From positions 12,467,778-12,531,777 of the forward strand of contig JAHRHZ010000088.1 of the NCBI GenBank assembly GCA_024137785.1: a stretch of 64,000 nt of DNA. Reading direction: 5' to 3'. The stretch comes from Ginglymostoma cirratum. Lineage: Eukaryota. Below are positions 25,746-38,800 of the stretch, piece after piece; the stretch's first letter is position 1; every line of letters begins with the position of its first letter. Below the pieces are notes generated by a model, which saw only the letters and a program-made list of their open reading frames with translations, was not told the DNA's origin and did no database searches. The position numbers and the translations under genes were made by a program.

Positions 25746-27808
25746 GCTGCTTATTCCAAGATTGAAAAGATCCAAACCACAAGTAACATTAGAGGTCCTG
25801 TGTTATGGTGCTTTCATATGACAACAGCATATTTGTAATATGATGCCCTTTTCAAAATGTCTGCCATGTTATATTGGACTTGTACAGTTTGAGGACTAGT
25901 TGTTCACAAATCACTAAGTTTTACAATTCAGCATCTGCATTCTTTAATTGAATTATAGACTATAGAAATTCATTCTGTATCTTTATTACACTTTGCAGTC
26001 CGTCATGCAACTTCTATTAAAGATGATGTACACTATCATAATGGCTTTATAAAAAAATTATGAAGATTAGATCTTGCCAATGTATTCAATGTAGTTATTT
26101 AATTTTAGGGAATCTGCTTTAATTCACATAACAGATTAAACCTATTTAGGATCACATCAGAAATACTGGATTTAATTTGTCTTGTAAATTTGCTGATAAC
26201 TGTATATCATGCTTATTTTTGCAGACCATTATTTAGGCCATTAAATGCAGAGACAACGATAGTAGAACATTTGTTCATCTGGATGATTTTGAGTGTTTAG
26301 TGGGGAATATGTCACACTAGAACTTACTTTAATATTTACTTTAAAAACCCAATTCGGCAGTAAATTGCTATTGGTTACTATGTAGATTTAAAGCTAGAAA
26401 GAGCTATTTTACACAGGTCAATGCATTAAAACTGCTTTGTTTTCTATACAGGAGCTTGTCAAGTCAAATTTGAATAAAGCTGTGAAATTTCACAGAATGG
26501 TGGAGCAGAGAAGGAGACCTTTCTTCCCCTTGTCTGTGCTAGTTCTTTGAACTAATTATGGAATTTTTTGAAAAACTAACAAATTATTTAAAAAGCGGAA
26601 AGAATTAGAAAACTCATTTTTAGGTTTAAATCGTTCAAAATGGGTAACTAGGGAATCAGCTGGTAGTTTTCAGATCCTATTATATTCCACATTTGTTCAA
26701 TTATATAATCCAATTCTGTACTTTGGCAGTGATTTTTAAAGCACTTCAGATAGGAAAAAATATCCAAACTATATGAATTCATCAGTAAATCCGTGATCAT
26801 AGTTTGTTTTATACAGATTAATTAGATTCCAGAGACTCCCACAGCATACACAGTATCAAGCTTATGAAGCAACACTGTGCACTAACAAAGACAGACCACT
26901 AGGATAATAACAATACAGGCATTGTTGCAGAACAACCACATTCTGCACACAAGTTCAGCGATAAAAACAAGTTATGCATATTAGGTTAAAGGTCTGGTTT
27001 TATTTAAATTCCAGATAGTTAGCAAGGTTAATTCCTTGTTTTGAATTGTTGTATCAAGTTCATATTTTCTCTTACTGAAAAGGAAGAAAATTATTTCAAT
27101 TCTAATTATCAACTTCCCCGAGATTGCCTGGTGTTCCCGGATTAGAAAGGTCACTTAGTCTCCCGAAATCACCAACTGACCTATTTTGCATTATCTGGTT
27201 AGTAATTCAACATTAACACGGTGATTAAGGTTCACCTACATTCGCTGCAGCACAACTGCAGAGTGCGCACACACATTGTAATTGTAGTTCCAGCGCACTG
27301 TGGCTTCACTGCCAGCAACACCACAGGTAGTTGCCTGCAGCAGTGATAAACATTTAGGATGCCTACTGATTTTCGCTCCACTCATAACCCTTTATGCCTC
27401 ACTTGTCACCTCAGTCACCTCCCACTCACTGCTCCTTTAATCAACTGTCTCACTGCCCCACTCACAACCTTTGAGCCCTCGTCAGCAGGAAGAGTGTGGA
27501 AGCAGAACAGTAAAAGTTGGTGCGAATAGGGGCAGCAACCATGAGCATCAATGGTGATGACAGCAGCATCCAATTCTTATTTCAGTGCAGTGGAGGAGGT
27601 AGTGTTAATGGTAAATGTTTTCATGTGGAATAACAAACTAAAAGTGTTCTTGATATCTGTCTATTATATTTTGTCAAAAGAAATTACTTCCATATTTAGA
27701 CAGAGCTCCTTGTGAATGTGAAAGTACCAATATAAAAATGGATGGCATCAAATAGTGTACTAGAGTGGCAGATTTTCAAAACCCTAATAGTGTCATTTTG
27801 AATTGCAG

Positions 27809-27844
27809 GTCTACAAGGACCTATTGGCCCTCCTGGATCATCAG
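27809..27844 (+). CDS. EMILIN3: EMILIN exon 5: 36-nt collagen-like micro-exon (GLQ GPI GPP GSS)
   Basis: ttttgaattgcag|GT CTA CAA GGA CCT ATT GGC CCT CCT GGA TCA TCA G|gtaaaa; phase 1-1, frame-compatible with exons 4 and 6; Gly-X-Y periodicity. Confidence 0.8.
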
Positions 27845-29325
27845 GTAAAATTACAAAAAATACTTTTTAAACTACCAGCTACTACCAATTATTTTCTTGT
27901 CAGTATTTTGATAGTTAAACACAGAATAGTTGTGCAGAATATTACCAAAGGTTAAGGTCCCAAATTTACAGATAAAATTCCACATTTTAGAATAATTCCC
28001 AAGCCATTTCTGTTTTTTTTTAAAAGACAGTTTAAAATTTCCATGTGACTTACAAAACTTTTCATTCTTGGGCTACCTCCATCCATGCCATTCACCACAG
28101 CATTCCTGCAGCTACTGGTCTGTTGAGTTAATGTTTTACCTCTTCTTCTAATTCCCTTATTCTTGGTTAAGGCCTTACTCTCTCTCATCCTGGTGGTTCC
28201 CGCAGTAACCACCCTATCTTCCTTGGTATAATGGAAGACATGGTATAAAGGATGGCTTTTAGGATCAGAAACAAATATCTGTTCAAGCAGGAAGTGTGTG
28301 TGTTTGCTGAAGTCAAAACGACTAAAATCTTCGAAATGAAAGCATCCCTTCCAGCTGGCAGGATTTTATATTCAGTAGTTTACCACAGTGTCCAGTTTTC
28401 TTAGTTAAAAAGTGGCACCAGGCCACGGGTTTCTGCTTCAGCAATTACCAGACCAAAGTATTATCCTCCATTAATGAATGAGAGGAAGATTGTGGGCTGA
28501 CAGAAGCAAAAAAACACCAGCCACAATTTATTCACATGCTGTAGTCATATCAACATAGCTGTACAAGAGGGTCTTTGCATGAGAAAGCAACAGCAACATT
28601 TCTATAGGAACTATATTGAACGCAGAGGTATTTCCTTTCTGAACTTTGTTCTAATTTTTGAATTTGGTGCATGTATTTAAGTTTAGTGTGGATAATGAGA
28701 GCCAGCAAACATTTTCCTTGCTAAATGTGCTAAGTTTCACTTCAGATTCCTATTATATGTTTGTGTCCATCTGAAATCGAGAATGGTCAAAATTTAACTG
28801 GATTGGTCAAAAGGTAAACAGTCTGTTTGTCTACGGCTCAAGTCCACTTCAAAAGGACAGTGTTTTAATTCTTTATTCCAGCCACATCTCATGATTCTCA
28901 ATATAGGGAGCCTAGGGGTCACTTCATGTTGTAGAATTGATTTACCTACGATTAAGAGAAGCACAATTCAAGTTAAAATCGTTCAAACAGTTGGTTGAAC
29001 ATTCCCAACATAGAAAGTGCTTTGGACAGATTCTTTCCATCACAAACATTTCCTGTACTGGCAGTAAGCAGCTGGCCAGGTTTTATTTTTCCTTGATAAA
29101 AATCAGCAAGTTTTATTTATCCCAAGACTGCTTTCACTAAATAGATTCAATATGCATGACTGTTTTCCATTATTGAACACTGCTGTGAATGTTTAGTCAC
29201 AAATTACGTCATAGGTTTTCATGTGGATTTTCATTTAAAATAGTAAAATCAGCCAATTCCAAGTTTTTTTCCTCATTGCAATGCATTTTTCTTCCATGTC
29301 CATTGATTATAAGTTTTATTTACAG

Positions 29326-29457
29326 GATTTCCATCCTTTGCAAAACATGTTACGTTCTCTGTGGGTCTGACTGAAAAGCCCTTCCCTGCTGATAACGGTG
29401 TTGTAAGATTCAACAAAATTCTCATCAATGATGGAAGTCACTATGAGCCCCGCACAG
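29326..29457 (+). CDS. EMILIN3: EMILIN exon 6: gC1q domain, N-terminal part
   Basis: ttttatttacag|GA; [44 protein letters not shown], a C1q-type F..IL.N.G.HY...TG motif; donor G|gtatcg; 132 nt. Confidence 0.88.
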
Positions 29458-29568
29458 GTATCGTATCATTTGACACAATTACAGTTTTTTTTTGTTGATG
29501 CTGTGGTCTTTGGCATAAAACTCTTCGCAGACTGCAGAGCCGAAACCATTCCTGTTCAGCAAATTGTT

Positions 29569-29606
29569 GAAATTCATCAAACTTGTCGAAATTCATCAAA
29601 CTTGTC
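29569..29606 (+). repeat. Perfect 19-bp tandem duplication
   Basis: gaaattcatcaaacttgtc twice. Confidence 0.95.
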
Positions 29607-32600
29607 TTTTCTGAGATTGATGTATAGCATGCACAATCCACAGCAGCACTGAGATGTGTTTCCACCTTTTTGCCATTTGTTGCTCCTCAACAGGCAATTA
29701 GAAATAAGTGTCAAGATAGCACACCTTCCATGGTTCAGCCCTCCACCAGCACAGATGGGGTTAGAATACTGTCTGGAGATATTATGTACATGACTCATTT
29801 CGGAGCACAATACAATGCTATATTTGCTGATAACTTATTTTTCCTACTTGTTACCAGCCCATAGAGAAAGTACAGCATGCTCTTATTCTGATCTAGCAGA
29901 TTACTTTAAAAAGTGTAAATTAAGAAATTGGACTAAAGTTGGAAAATTTACCCTGTTGTGTGTCATATCAGTCCGTAACCTAGTATAGTTGAACAGCAGT
30001 CAGATGAAAAACATGCTCCTCGCTCTCTGGCTCACAACTGAACACTGAATGAGATCTGATAACTAGTCCATCCACATATTTAATAACAACCTGCTACTTC
30101 CTAAAGGTCAGTGATATCTCCACTTATTTTGAAGTGCATAATTGTATTAATTCAACTTGCAGATTTGCAGCAATAAAGCATAATTTATATGTGGTGTTAC
30201 TTAAATTAACTGATCACACAGAAGAAATAGCAAGAGATATGGTTGTTGCCCGGGTGAACGGTGAAAGCTCAGTAATCTCTCCTCAGTACAGGGAATGGAG
30301 AGATGCCAATATCGTTTACCAACTGCTTATCCTTCAGGAAGCCAAGTTCATAGTTCTTTTGAAAAGTAATTCTGAAACTGCTCAAATGGAATAAAAACAG
30401 TAAATTATACATATGCAGTTCCACAAGTTATTTTTCAAATTACATTGGCTTCATTAACTTCTAAAATCACTGGGGATACTCCATGCAGGTGAGTAATGAT
30501 GAACCACATTAGGGGAGTTTCATTTAATTTTAAGTCATTGCCTGAAGTAGAGAATAGAGAACCATCTGCTGTACATTAGCTCTGTGAATTTACCCCCTCT
30601 TCCTGAATGGTGTCTGTCTTCAATCCAAGCATTCCAGATAATTCATCATGCTATTACATTCCTTATCAGCTCAAATAATTTTAATTTCATCTTTGGTTGT
30701 TGTAATCAAAAACTATTCCTATATTGCTTCATTTCCCTGCAAGTCTTCCTGTTTATAGTGGTCTTTAGTCTAAAATATTGTCTTAATTTTCTTTACCAAA
30801 ATTATACAACTCAACCTAACTGTGATGCAACCACTTCTATTGCCTGAGAAGTGATTGATTTGTTAAATATACATTGACAAGATATTTAGTTGGCTATATA
30901 TAAATATAGGTTGATCTCATGTAAAAGTTGACTCCAATCGGAGTATTGGCCAAAAAATTCATTTTTCATATATCACAATGTATAGGACAGTCCCTGACCT
31001 TTAACCAAAAAGCCCAAAATTAAACATATCAACTACTTGCTGCTTAAGTCAAGCTCACCCTGGTGCAAACTCACTGATGGCATAGCTTAGCGCACACTGA
31101 AGGCTGTTAGTTCCTCACGTCTGCACATTTCAACACCAGTGTGCATTGTGATCCTACCAATCATGCCCTCAAATATGGCAAGCTGATATCAAGGATGGAA
31201 TGGCACATACACAACCGAGCTCAGAATTGATATCACTGAGATTATGGAGCAGAATAATAATTAGCTCTAGCTATTAAGCAGTAGCTAGAGAATTCAAGGA
31301 AGTTTTCTACGCAACTTCTATAGACAAATACCCAGGAATAAAAGTGCAAAACACAGCCTGAATGGTGTACCAGATTTATTATGAGAAACAATTTTTCTGT
31401 CACAGAAGAGTTCAGTGCCTCCCAGCAGAATGTAATGAAATTCGAGCATTTCAGCAATTTATAAATCAAACATAGACAAAAGAATGAACATAGACTGGCC
31501 TGTATTGGGAACATGGTTAAGACTCCCATAAACAGTGACATGCCAGTCAATCAAACAATGGACAGAGAAATGGTGATGAAAACTGGCCATGGAAAAAGAT
31601 TTGCCATGTTCTGAGTGTATGTCTTACAGGCAGTGCTTAAGCTAATGATGATATTCAAGAGTAAAACCCTCTCAAAACAGCAAACACAAAAATAGTAGTT
31701 GTCCACATTCAAAATAATAAATGAATGTAAAATAGCTGAAAATATGACTAAGGAAAATTTGGAACTTCCAATCAAAAAGATTACATAAGGAAAAAAAATT
31801 TCTTATCTGGGACACAATCAAAGGTGATAATGTTGTTGCCGCAAGTTAGATCATACTGTGATTCCCAGGATTCCAGCTAGCCTTTTACAACTATTAGATG
31901 TTTCTCTAAACAAGCCTTGGGATAGCATAAGAAAAAAAAAAAGAATAACTGAATGATCAGAGAAGGTATTCAATAAGATTTTAGGTTTCCTTGGTAAAAA
32001 TCAGCAAATTATTTATCCCAAGACTGCATATGTTCTCTGACATTTGCAAGCCTATCTGAATGGGTTGAGGAGATCGGACATGGAATCAATGTTAAATCAT
32101 AAAGAATAACAAAATATCCAGTATACCTTGACAATGACTATTTGTGGAATATATTGCTGATGAAATCATCAGTACTGAAGAGTATGATGTTGATGATCCA
32201 CAATGGGGTCATTCAAAAAGCTGCTCAGTTTTTTTTCTGAACCGTGTAAATTGTAAATGGCTTTTGTTTTTCATGGATTGATAAATTTAATAAAATTTAG
32301 ACTACAGAAATTAACTAATTGACTCCATGTTGGTTAATATTTATTGACAAATTTTAGTTATAAAAACAATTTCAAACTCAGTTTCTGTGGTAGCAGCTGG
32401 TTGAAGCAGATTCCGACATAGTAACTGTGATTGCAAGGCAATGGGAAAGGGAGGATTTCAACTTCTCCAAAAATAAAAATGTTATTCTTGTAAAAAAAAA
32501 GAAACTGTATGACTAGGTTAGTTTCAGCATATATATTTGGGTAAGAGTTGGGTTTCTAAATCAGTAGTTTCATACTTAGTACCAAGAAGTTCTTTACCAC

Positions 32601-33316
32601 CCAAACAGCTTGCTTTCAACAACTCATCTGATGACCTTAACTGATTGCTAACAAATGCCTTTTTTCAAATGAAAAAACAAGAACACGAGAGTGATGACTG
32701 CACTGTTTTTGAGTAATGAGCTGTCCTGTTTACAGAGAATTGATCCAGCATTGCCACAACTTTAAAATCATCATGCTTGCATTCAAGTCATTCCGTAACC
32801 TTGCCCTCGATGAGCTGTGATTCTAACGTAAGATACTGGAGATCTGAAGTAAAAGTAGCAAATGCTGGAGAAACTCAGAGTCTGAAAGCACATGTTGAGA
32901 GAAAAACAAAGTTAATATTTCAAATCCAATATTACTCTTTCATTCCAAAAAGTGTCTTGCATTCTCAAAACATTAACTCTACTTTTCTCTCCACGGGCCT
33001 TCTGAGTTCTTCCACTCTAGAAGTAGAAGTAAAAATGTGTTTTGCATTCCTAATTTCCCTATTACAGCTGTGTCTTCAACTGCCTTGGCACTAAATTATG
33101 GAATTTCCCTAGCTCCACCACCCAATCTCTAAATCACTTCCTGTTCTGTGCTCCTGAAACATGCCTCTTTGCTCAAGGTTTGGTCACCTGCTGAAATATG
33201 TGGCATGGTGTCCAATTAAAGCCATTTAAAGCATTTTGTAAATTGCTGTAGTATTTTATTTTCTTTTGAATTTTTTTTGTCCAAAATTGCACTCACCAGA
33301 ATTATTTGTTTTGCAG

Positions 33317-33654
33317 GTATATTTACCGTTCCCTACAGTGGACAGTACTTCATTAGTGCTATACTGACTCCGCAGAGAAACGAACGCATTGAGGCTGTGC
33401 TGACTGTATCCAATGTAAGTGTTGCACAAGTGGACACAGCAGGGTACAGGACTGAAGTATTAGAAATTGCCGTGGACAAAATTGAGAATCATTCTGGAGG
33501 TGGTCTTGCAGTGTTCAGCCTAATTCTTAATCTGAAAACTGGTGACGAAGTGAGTGTTGTCGTCATGTCAGGAAAATTAGCTTACACAGGAACAGATGAG
33601 CTACACTGCACATTTAGTGGTGTTCTGCTAAATGATTCACAAATGCACAGTTGA
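33317..33654 (+). CDS. EMILIN3: EMILIN exon 7: gC1q domain, C-terminal part and stop
   Basis: ttgttttgcag|GT; GIFTVPYSGQYFISAILTP...VFSLILNLKTGDEVSV...CTFSGVLLNDSQMHS*. The seven exons sum to 2835 nt (divisible by 3). Confidence 0.9.
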
Positions 33655-35481
33655 CAAAGCCCAGGTAAATTATGACAGCAGCTAGAACTGAAGGAACTGG
33701 CCAATATCTGATTTTAAAGTGCTTCTTGTCGAGCAAACAGTGAACTAACTGGAAATATTAAATTTCAATCTAAACATTTAGCAGACTGAACCACACTAGT
33801 CAAAATGGTCTGTGGATAGTAAATATTTTTTAATCAAGCACCACTAAGCAAAACACAAATTCAGTTTGCTGCTTTTTAAATTAAGTATGGTCACATCTTC
33901 AGAAAACAACAGCTTCAGATCATTGCCTTTGATTATGCTTATATTAACCCTTTGAGAACCAGGGAAAAATATAGAAAAATATTGATAATACTGTTTTAAA
34001 AATTTAGGAACAATGATTTAAGAAGCATTCATTGCTTTTGTACATATTCTATTTTGTAATACATTTTCAGAAATTTACAATTTTATATAGTTAATGCAAA
34101 AATACACTTTTACTTAGAAAGCTTAAAGTCTCCGTGCTCAAAGGGTTAATAGGTTAAGGATTTTATGTAGCATCTTCAAAGAAATGCCCCAGTCGGTTCC
34201 CATTTAAACTCATAATTTTTCTTCTCTCTCAAAGAAAGTGCCTCATAAAATAATAAAATGCACCATACCGAATAACATCAAGTGTAATCTGATGTGAGAT
34301 GAGTATTGGAGGGGTTGGGAAAACACTCAATATCTGGTGCTCAAATATTGTGCATTAGATAGATGATCTGTACTGCAGTAGCACCATCACTGCTCGTCAA
34401 TCTGTTCATCAGGATGTCAGCTACCATTAGCCAATTAGCCATTATATTAGGTAATAAAACCAGAGTGTTTTTTATGCATAATAGCAAAAGTATTGACTCA
34501 GGTAGCATAAAACATCCATTTAGATGCCAGTGTTATTTTGTAAGTGCAAACTTTAAATTAATTCTTCTCTTGAAAATTTGTTAACTGACCTTCATCCTAA
34601 ATATTGGCCAATTTTGTCATGAAACAATGCATGAAATCTTGTGTCTTTATCATTGTATTTTTCATACTAAAATACAGAGATTCAGACAAAAAATGTACAG
34701 CAATGAAAAGTATTATCTAGGGTCAGTACTCCTAAATGTTCATCAAATTCAGAAATGAGAGCATGACAGTGTGTATGGGTGTGTGCGCGCATTTGTACAT
34801 TTGTGTGCAGAAGAATTACAAACTTACACCTAATTTGCTAACCTTTGTCTTCTGGTTTAGCTGGCTTCAACAATGAAATGACACTGAACATTTGATAAAT
34901 ATATACAGTCTTTACTTTATATTTTACCAATTGCCAAGTCCAAGATTTGAACTTTTGAGTGGATCTATAAAATTCAATCACAGTTTTGTGCCAGGGATTA
35001 AAAATTTAAAATCAACACAGATGTCATTTAAATGAATAGTTGTGAAAGGTCAAGGATGGTTTTGTGGATGAGAGTATTTAATTGAAATTAGCTTTGTACA
35101 AGAAAAACTTCCAGATGCAGATTTTGAATAGACAAATCTTTGATCAACTGATTTGGTATTTTGGGAAAGACATCCTTTGTTCAAGATAAATCATCGACTT
35201 GCCATATTTGTAGTAATTTAAAACAGTTTGTCGCAAAATGCATTAAAATGAGAAAAGTATAGTTGTTTATCATGTTTAGTAATAAATACTAGCATTACAT
35301 TGCAATTCTTACTTTGTAGCTGATATTGAAGAACTGTTCAACGTATGAACTTGAAGTCCTCTTGTTTTGTATATTAGTGTACATCTTTGAACATATGGAA
35401 CTAAACTTTGTGAACAGCAAGTAATGGTGCTATTTTCTGTAAATTAAATACACATTTTCTACTGTTTAATTTAATGTTTAC

Positions 35482-35487
35482 AATAAA
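35482..35487 (+). terminator. Candidate polyadenylation signal of the EMILIN gene
   Basis: AATAAA at the end of a repeat-poor AT-rich 3' region; alternatives at 34252 and 35281. Confidence 0.45.
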
Positions 35488-35832
35488 CATATGGTTTGAA
35501 ATTATACGTGTACGTGTTCTAATGGAATCAAATTATTATCACATTTAAATTTCATGCATGCATAAGTGCACTTGCTAGTTTAGTGGATTAAAAACATGTT
35601 GGTATAGTACACAAGAAGGGTCACACGTTCATTCTGTGCTTTATCATGACATATGACTGATTTAACCCAAAAAAGTTGTGTGCTTCTCAAGGGTGTGAAT
35701 TACCATTGCAGTGCAATGCAAAGAAACAATTATTTGTTACCATTGGCTTAGAGACCGATAGTTTAAAAAAAATTCAAATTTCCGATCAATAGTTGAAAAG
35801 GATGACTTGATAAGATTCACATTTTAAAACTT

Positions 35833-35838
35833 TTTATT
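35833..35838 (-). terminator. Candidate distal polyadenylation signal of the lipin gene
   Basis: tttatt on + (AATAAA on -); would give a ~4.5-kb 3'UTR. Proximal alternatives at 39029 and 39793. Confidence 0.4.
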
Positions 35839-38800
35839 GTAACAATTTACTAAAAGCATTATTGACTACATGCTAGTTCCTTTTAGTAGGTAACCTGAAC
35901 TTTAAAAACTCAGAGAGGAATGTTCCATTTTACACACAATACACATCACGCCCTCTACAGATTTGCAGTCCTTACAACAAGCAGTCCACAGTCACTTCCA
36001 GATTCCAATAAGTTCATGTTTCCCTATTTCACTGAGTAATAACTTTAAGTGACTGTCTCCAGGTGTTTCCCTTAGTTTGCAGTAAAGCCTGATCCAATAT
36101 TTCTTCTTCCCCACGGCAAAACCAGCATTGATCTCCGGGATTCTTCAGATGACCACAAAAGACATCTCTAACTTGAATCATCTGCCGCTTACATCTGTCC
36201 TTGGTACCTCGTGAACAGCCTGCAACATCATCCCTCTGCTGACCATACCAAATGCTGTTCTTTACTCAATTCTGCATGAAAGCCTCAAGTCTTGTGGCAG
36301 TAACAGAAAACATGCGACACTAACCCTGTAACCAAACCAGAGAGAGGTCAGAAATGAATTCAGAAATATTACACAGTTATAAAAGAAAGGTTGAACAATA
36401 ATGCAGGGCAGTCCAGAATCTAGCAACAAAACCAACAGCAAAAAAATCAATTCCAACTTCCTTTTCTCAAAGGTGGCAACAAAATACATCCAGCTTCTTG
36501 TATTAAAAGATGACTATCAAATGTACAATCCCATCTGTTGACTCGTACTGAAAGGTCCACTGTAAACGTGTATATCGTTCTTGCCAAGGGTATTCACGGA
36601 CACACTTTTTCTGTTACATGCTTTGCCAAGACAGTAATCCAGTATTAACATACCTGGCAGATGTCCAAACAGAACAGGTTAAGTTGTACATGTCTTGTTG
36701 CCAGCAGATTTCCTTTCCATTGACTTACATCACAACATCTGAAAAACACTGAACTGTCAGCCACACAGTTCAAATATTCAGTTGCTTTACATGCCAAATA
36801 TTCACTGACTGGTTTCAAGATCTCAGAGTCAAAGATATTTGGGGAGTTGCCACGCTACAAAGGAAGCGCCACTCAACTGTGAGGTAAAAGCTGTAAAATT
36901 AAACCCAAAGTAATTGAAATCACCTTAAAAATAGTTACCTATTCTTCGTTGATTTCTGCAATTGAATAATAAGTGGGAGATCACTGATTGGAAAAGTTAA
37001 ACTAAAAGCACTAAGACGAGTCTGGTGTTTCATCCACAAATAGAATTAAAACTATTGGATCCAAACAAATCAAATATATGGTGAGGATTACGCGTGGGAT
37101 GGATTTACTTTGCGACAGGTCACAACAGACCAAAAATGTTTTAAATGAAGGAAAGGTATCTACAAAAAAGATTTAATTGGATTTTTACGTATCTTGAATT
37201 GTATTTTAAGCTCAGTTTGTTACATTTCATTGAAATTCAATGTGTTAGTTTTTGTGTAAGGAAGAGGTTAAGAGATTTTTAAGAGACAATGAATAGATTT
37301 TTGCACTGGAGTTGGCCCAGTTTTAATGCGAACTTTAATGTGAAATCAATCTTTTGTCAGAAGCAGAAAATACACTTTTCTCTGATAATAAAATGCTGAG
37401 TGCAGAATATTTAGCAAATACAATTAAAAGTCATAATGTTAATTCATATCGTTAGAGATGCAAACACTGACATCTTACTGTGAAAATAACAATTCACGTC
37501 AGTACCACTTATTAAGTTCATTTCTTTAAATATGCTATGTATACCCAAGAAATTTTCAACAGCAATATTTGAAACACATTCACTTTAATAATTATATAAA
37601 TAATAGTAACTTCAATGTAGCAAATCAAATTTGGAAACATATTCACTTAAATTATAATAACGTCAAGGTAGCAAATCTAATTTGGAAGTTTGGCTACATT
37701 TACCATATTACAGGTTAATTATGAAATGATTTTCCAGATTTGCATATTGCTTGCTTTAACATACTATAAAACAACAAATTTCATTTGGATCACAAATACT
37801 AATATAGCGCGTGTAGGATGTTCACTATTTAAGGTTGTGTCTATTTTAATCAACATTCATAACTGCATTAAAACTCCCATAGAATTGACAGTTTAATAAA
37901 TTATCTTGCATTACAGTTCAAGAAGCCAAGTATTTTCCAGCCAAGTAGGCAAACTATTGCTTGCAAGCAGTGCTTTCTGTGCTGTACTATGTTTTGCCCT
38001 GATCCACAGCAGGTGTGTTACATCAAGTGAATATCTACTATATAATATATAACATACCATTTAAGTAACTTATAACTTGTGTGAGTTACATAACTTAGCA
38101 TGTAAGTTACATATTACTATGGAAGTTACCAAAACAAATGAGCTGAAAGCTCATTTCAGACAAGGAGCATGTGCAGCACAGTTAAAATACAAAAATGAAC
38201 TAAAAAAAATGATTCTTTGCAAATGTCTGATCTTCCATAGAAAGATCATACATTTCAAATGGTCTGTTAATGTCCAATCAGTACTTGCTGAATGATGACA
38301 GCATAACTCCTGCATTTAAATCAAAATGCAATGCAAATATTTCAAATCCATAGAGTGGAATAACAGAAAATTTCAAATGTCTACAGTGTAATAACTGTTC
38401 CACAATGAAACTGCACAGTTAAAAGATTTTTCTACAATTCCCTCCTCCCCCAAGGAGATATCTCAATATCATAAACCTAGCCCCAAAAGAAGTGGAAGTA
38501 TAGTCTACCTGGTTGCACAGTTATTAGTTGCAAACTAAGCTAACAATGGTTTGAGCAGGAGAAACAGGACTTTTTCTTGTTTTCAAAATGAAATTGCTTT
38601 CCATGTCACTTGATCTCATAGTTCATACAAAGCAATCACCTGTAACTGAGGTTCTTTAGTTGAAGAACTTAAGTTCACAAGTTTTTGTTTTGCAATTCTG
38701 TGCTCATTATCTTAAGTTACCAACATGCCTTACACAACTTAATAGCATTTTTATCAAACGAGTTCTTGGACTGGGATTGCAGTATAATCAAATTTATACC

